This document shows, piece by piece, positions 61,849 to 64,000 of a stretch of 64,000 nt of DNA; position 1 is the stretch's first letter, and each line of letters begins with the position of its first letter. The stretch lies in the NCBI GenBank assembly GCA_964016885.1, contig OZ024742.1:4092001-4156000 (forward strand). The letters run 5' to 3'. The stretch is from Eledone cirrhosa. Its lineage: Eukaryota. Below the pieces are notes generated by a model. That model was not told the DNA's origin. It saw only the letters and a list, made by a program, of their open reading frames with translations, and did no database searches. Position numbers and translations under genes: made by a program.

Positions 61849-61882
61849 ATGTCTTAAGACGTGGGATTTTCTAAGTCTAAGT
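61849..61882 (+). mobile_element. RTE 3' terminus resuming after the satellite
   Basis: In the monomer frame ...AVT-YVLRRGIF*, followed by the short tandem tail CTAAGTCTAAGT typical of RTE ends. Confidence 0.6.
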
Positions 61883-62264
61883 TATGTGGTTCAAAATATT
61901 CTCTGTCAGATTAAAATGTCTGCTGTATTTAGTTATATCCATTTATTCCTGAAATAGTCTAAATCCATCAATGATAGAGATAATCTCATTAAGAGAGACT
62001 TTAGTTATCAGATATAGTGTTGGCAATAACAACAATTGATGTAAATCACGCTAGCTGTAAAATGATGTCAAGGTAGTTGTAACAGTGACATCATCTTCAC
62101 GGCTACATCTACTATCAACACCATCACTGCTACTATGACTAATAAACATTCCACAACCACTACCACGAATACTTCTAATACTAATACCACCACCTCCACC
62201 ACGACTACTACAACTAGCACTACTACTGTGTGTTTTGGGATGTAAAAATGTTTAACAAAAAGAT

Positions 62265-62685
62265 TCAAAACAAAATAAATAGCCCAACGGCAGTGGGGAG
62301 TTTCCGAGAGTCACACATGGAGAAATCCCGAAAACTCCACATCACCCAGACCACGAGGGCATGTACCCCCTCCCAGTAGTACTCTCCATACTCGGAGCAG
62401 GCCCCTTCAATTGAGTGATGCTCGCCTTTCACTGACCTTTCAACAAACTGGTTGAAAGACGGCACTTTACTCTCCAATCTAATTTTCTTCAAGTGAAACC
62501 CGAAAAAATTAATCAGGGCTTCGCCTAGAAATGTGGTACTCTTCAACCCTTTCAGATGTGTCCCCATACGACCTCTTTGGCCATAGCCATCAGAGATTGC
62601 CTGCCCCTCACGGCTAAAGGAAGGTGACGGGACAATCTTCATGATGGTCTCAACTGAAAGCTGGATACGTGACAGAATGGACTAA
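62265..62685 (-). mobile_element. L1/Tx1-like LINE 3' fragment
   Basis: Minus-strand degenerate ORF end (THLKGLKSTTFLGEALINFFGFHLKKIRLE..FNQFVER) followed by a UTR. Family assignment is from recall only. Confidence 0.45.
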
Positions 62686-62702
62686 TAATAGTAAAACAAC
62701 TT

Positions 62703-62703
62703 T

Positions 62704-62757
<54 letters not shown>

Positions 62758-62921
62758 CTAATACAACTGCTACCATTACTAATGTTGTTGCTTCTAATGT
62801 CATTATGACAAATAATTACCCGATTTTTCTGTAAAACCCCACTGTCCCAGTCTTTTGTATTGTCCCCTATATGTCGGCCCTTGTGGCCAATAAATGAAAT
62901 CATTATGACAAATAATATAAT

Positions 62922-62980
<59 letters not shown>

Positions 62981-63007
62981 GTAGTAGTAGTAGTAGTAGT
63001 AGTAGTA
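62703..63007. repeat. (ACT)n/(AGT)n trinucleotide repeats with a small insert
   Basis: Direct reading. Confidence 0.9.
62817..62899 (+). mobile_element. 83-bp 5'-truncated retroposed 3' end with 17-bp TSD
   Basis: TCATTATGACAAATAAT at 62800-62816 and 62900-62916. The insert ends CCTTGTGGCCAATAAATGAAA. Confidence 0.65.
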
Positions 63008-63099
63008 ACATTGCAACTAACAAAATAATTTGATACTGTTGGATTTTGAGAATCGGTTGAGAGCCGAAGGGAGTGACTTGTGATATTTCGTAAGGGCCC

Positions 63100-63480
63100 G
63101 TTACGATCTAAGCATAATTTCTGCTTCTACTTCACCCACTTATTTCCTTAGAAGGTTGTGGGGAAGAGTCCTCAAACCCGCGCTTTCAGTGGGTCCTTTC
63201 AGAAGCAGCTCTCTCCAATTGATCCAGCTGGATGCACCAAACAAGACCAGCCGAGGCCATGGATCTTATCTAACCCTCTTGTTCGGGGTCTATCCCTGGG
63301 TTTCCTGCCGGTTGGTTTTCCCCTTAAAATCTGTCCAGTGATTCTTTCCTGAGACATTCTAACTACATGTCCGCAATATCGGGAAGTAGCGGCTCTACCT
63401 GGAGCGACTTTGGGTTTAAGCTGGAATCCGACTTCAGATCAGCAAATAAAGTGTTCTGGCTGGTCATCCACCGAAAACGT
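63100..63480 (-). mobile_element. RTE LINE 3' end with an inverted internal piece
   Basis: Minus strand RYCGHVVRMSQERITGQILRGKPTGRKPRDRPRTR..DKIHGLGWS. Plus strand 63386-63480 WSDFGFKLESDFRSANKVFW resembles the RTE EN-RT linker. Confidence 0.7.
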
Positions 63481-63731
63481 CTAGATCATATTTGTGTTTC
63501 AACATTCTCGGCTCGATATATTAATATAACAGTCAAATCCTGGTTTTGACTCCTTCGATTATACTGTCCTAGCCCTTCAAACTTTAGTGTTCTTGTGTCG
63601 CTACCCAGAGATCGATACATAGTAGGAAGCTTTGTATCATTACAATGAGATCGATACATAGTAGGTAGCTTTATGTGGATATCCAAGAATATAAATACAG
63701 TCGTGTAAATGTGTCGATACATAGAGATAGG

Positions 63732-63932
63732 ATTTCTGGTTTAGGTATAAGATTTACAATTTGGGAAGAGGCATAAGACGATTAAATCGACTCCAGTTTA
63801 TTTTATCGTACCCTAAGAATAAAAGGCAAAGCTAACCTGGGCAGGATTTCAACTCAGACCGTAAAGTGACGTACCTCTATGCCACAAATCATGTTACCCG
63901 ATGCTCTACTGATTCTATCAATCCACCGCTCT
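63732..63932 (-). mobile_element. SINE family A copy
   Basis: TTTATTTTATCG...AAAGGCAAAGCTAACCT...GGATTTCAACTCAG...ATCCACCGC, matching 14120-14305. Confidence 0.8.
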
Positions 63933-64000
63933 TCGATACCCAGAAATATATAACAGGTAGTGTAGCTTTGTATCGATACCTAGAGTTCGATAACATGGTC

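Overview
Eukaryotic, gene-poor, repeat-dominated DNA; the SINE, LINE and microsatellite content suggests an octopus or other cephalopod (inference). No intact host gene is supported. Two large satellites (52/56/58-bp unit at 1-13401; 48-bp unit at 36373-61848) flank a 23-kb island of microsatellites, tRNA-derived SINEs, LINE fragments, a decayed DD41D Tc1/mariner element and nested Penelope-like elements (PLEs). Two results stand out. (1) The 25.5-kb 48-bp satellite sits in frame inside the C-terminus of an RTE retrotransposon. Its monomer is the RTE 'A-x-D-R-x-x-W' segment, and the RTE ORF end and tail resume after the array. The 52-bp satellite may derive from the homologous segment of another RTE. 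(2) Between 21 and 35.3 kb there are six complete type I hammerhead ribozyme folds from five unrelated sequence families, plus several decayed or partial ones. Most lie in (TA)n-associated PLE or mini-PLE units, several with inverted termini. Two have a U3-A8 covariant core and one has a branched stem II. All calls were made by eye, without database searches or folding software.
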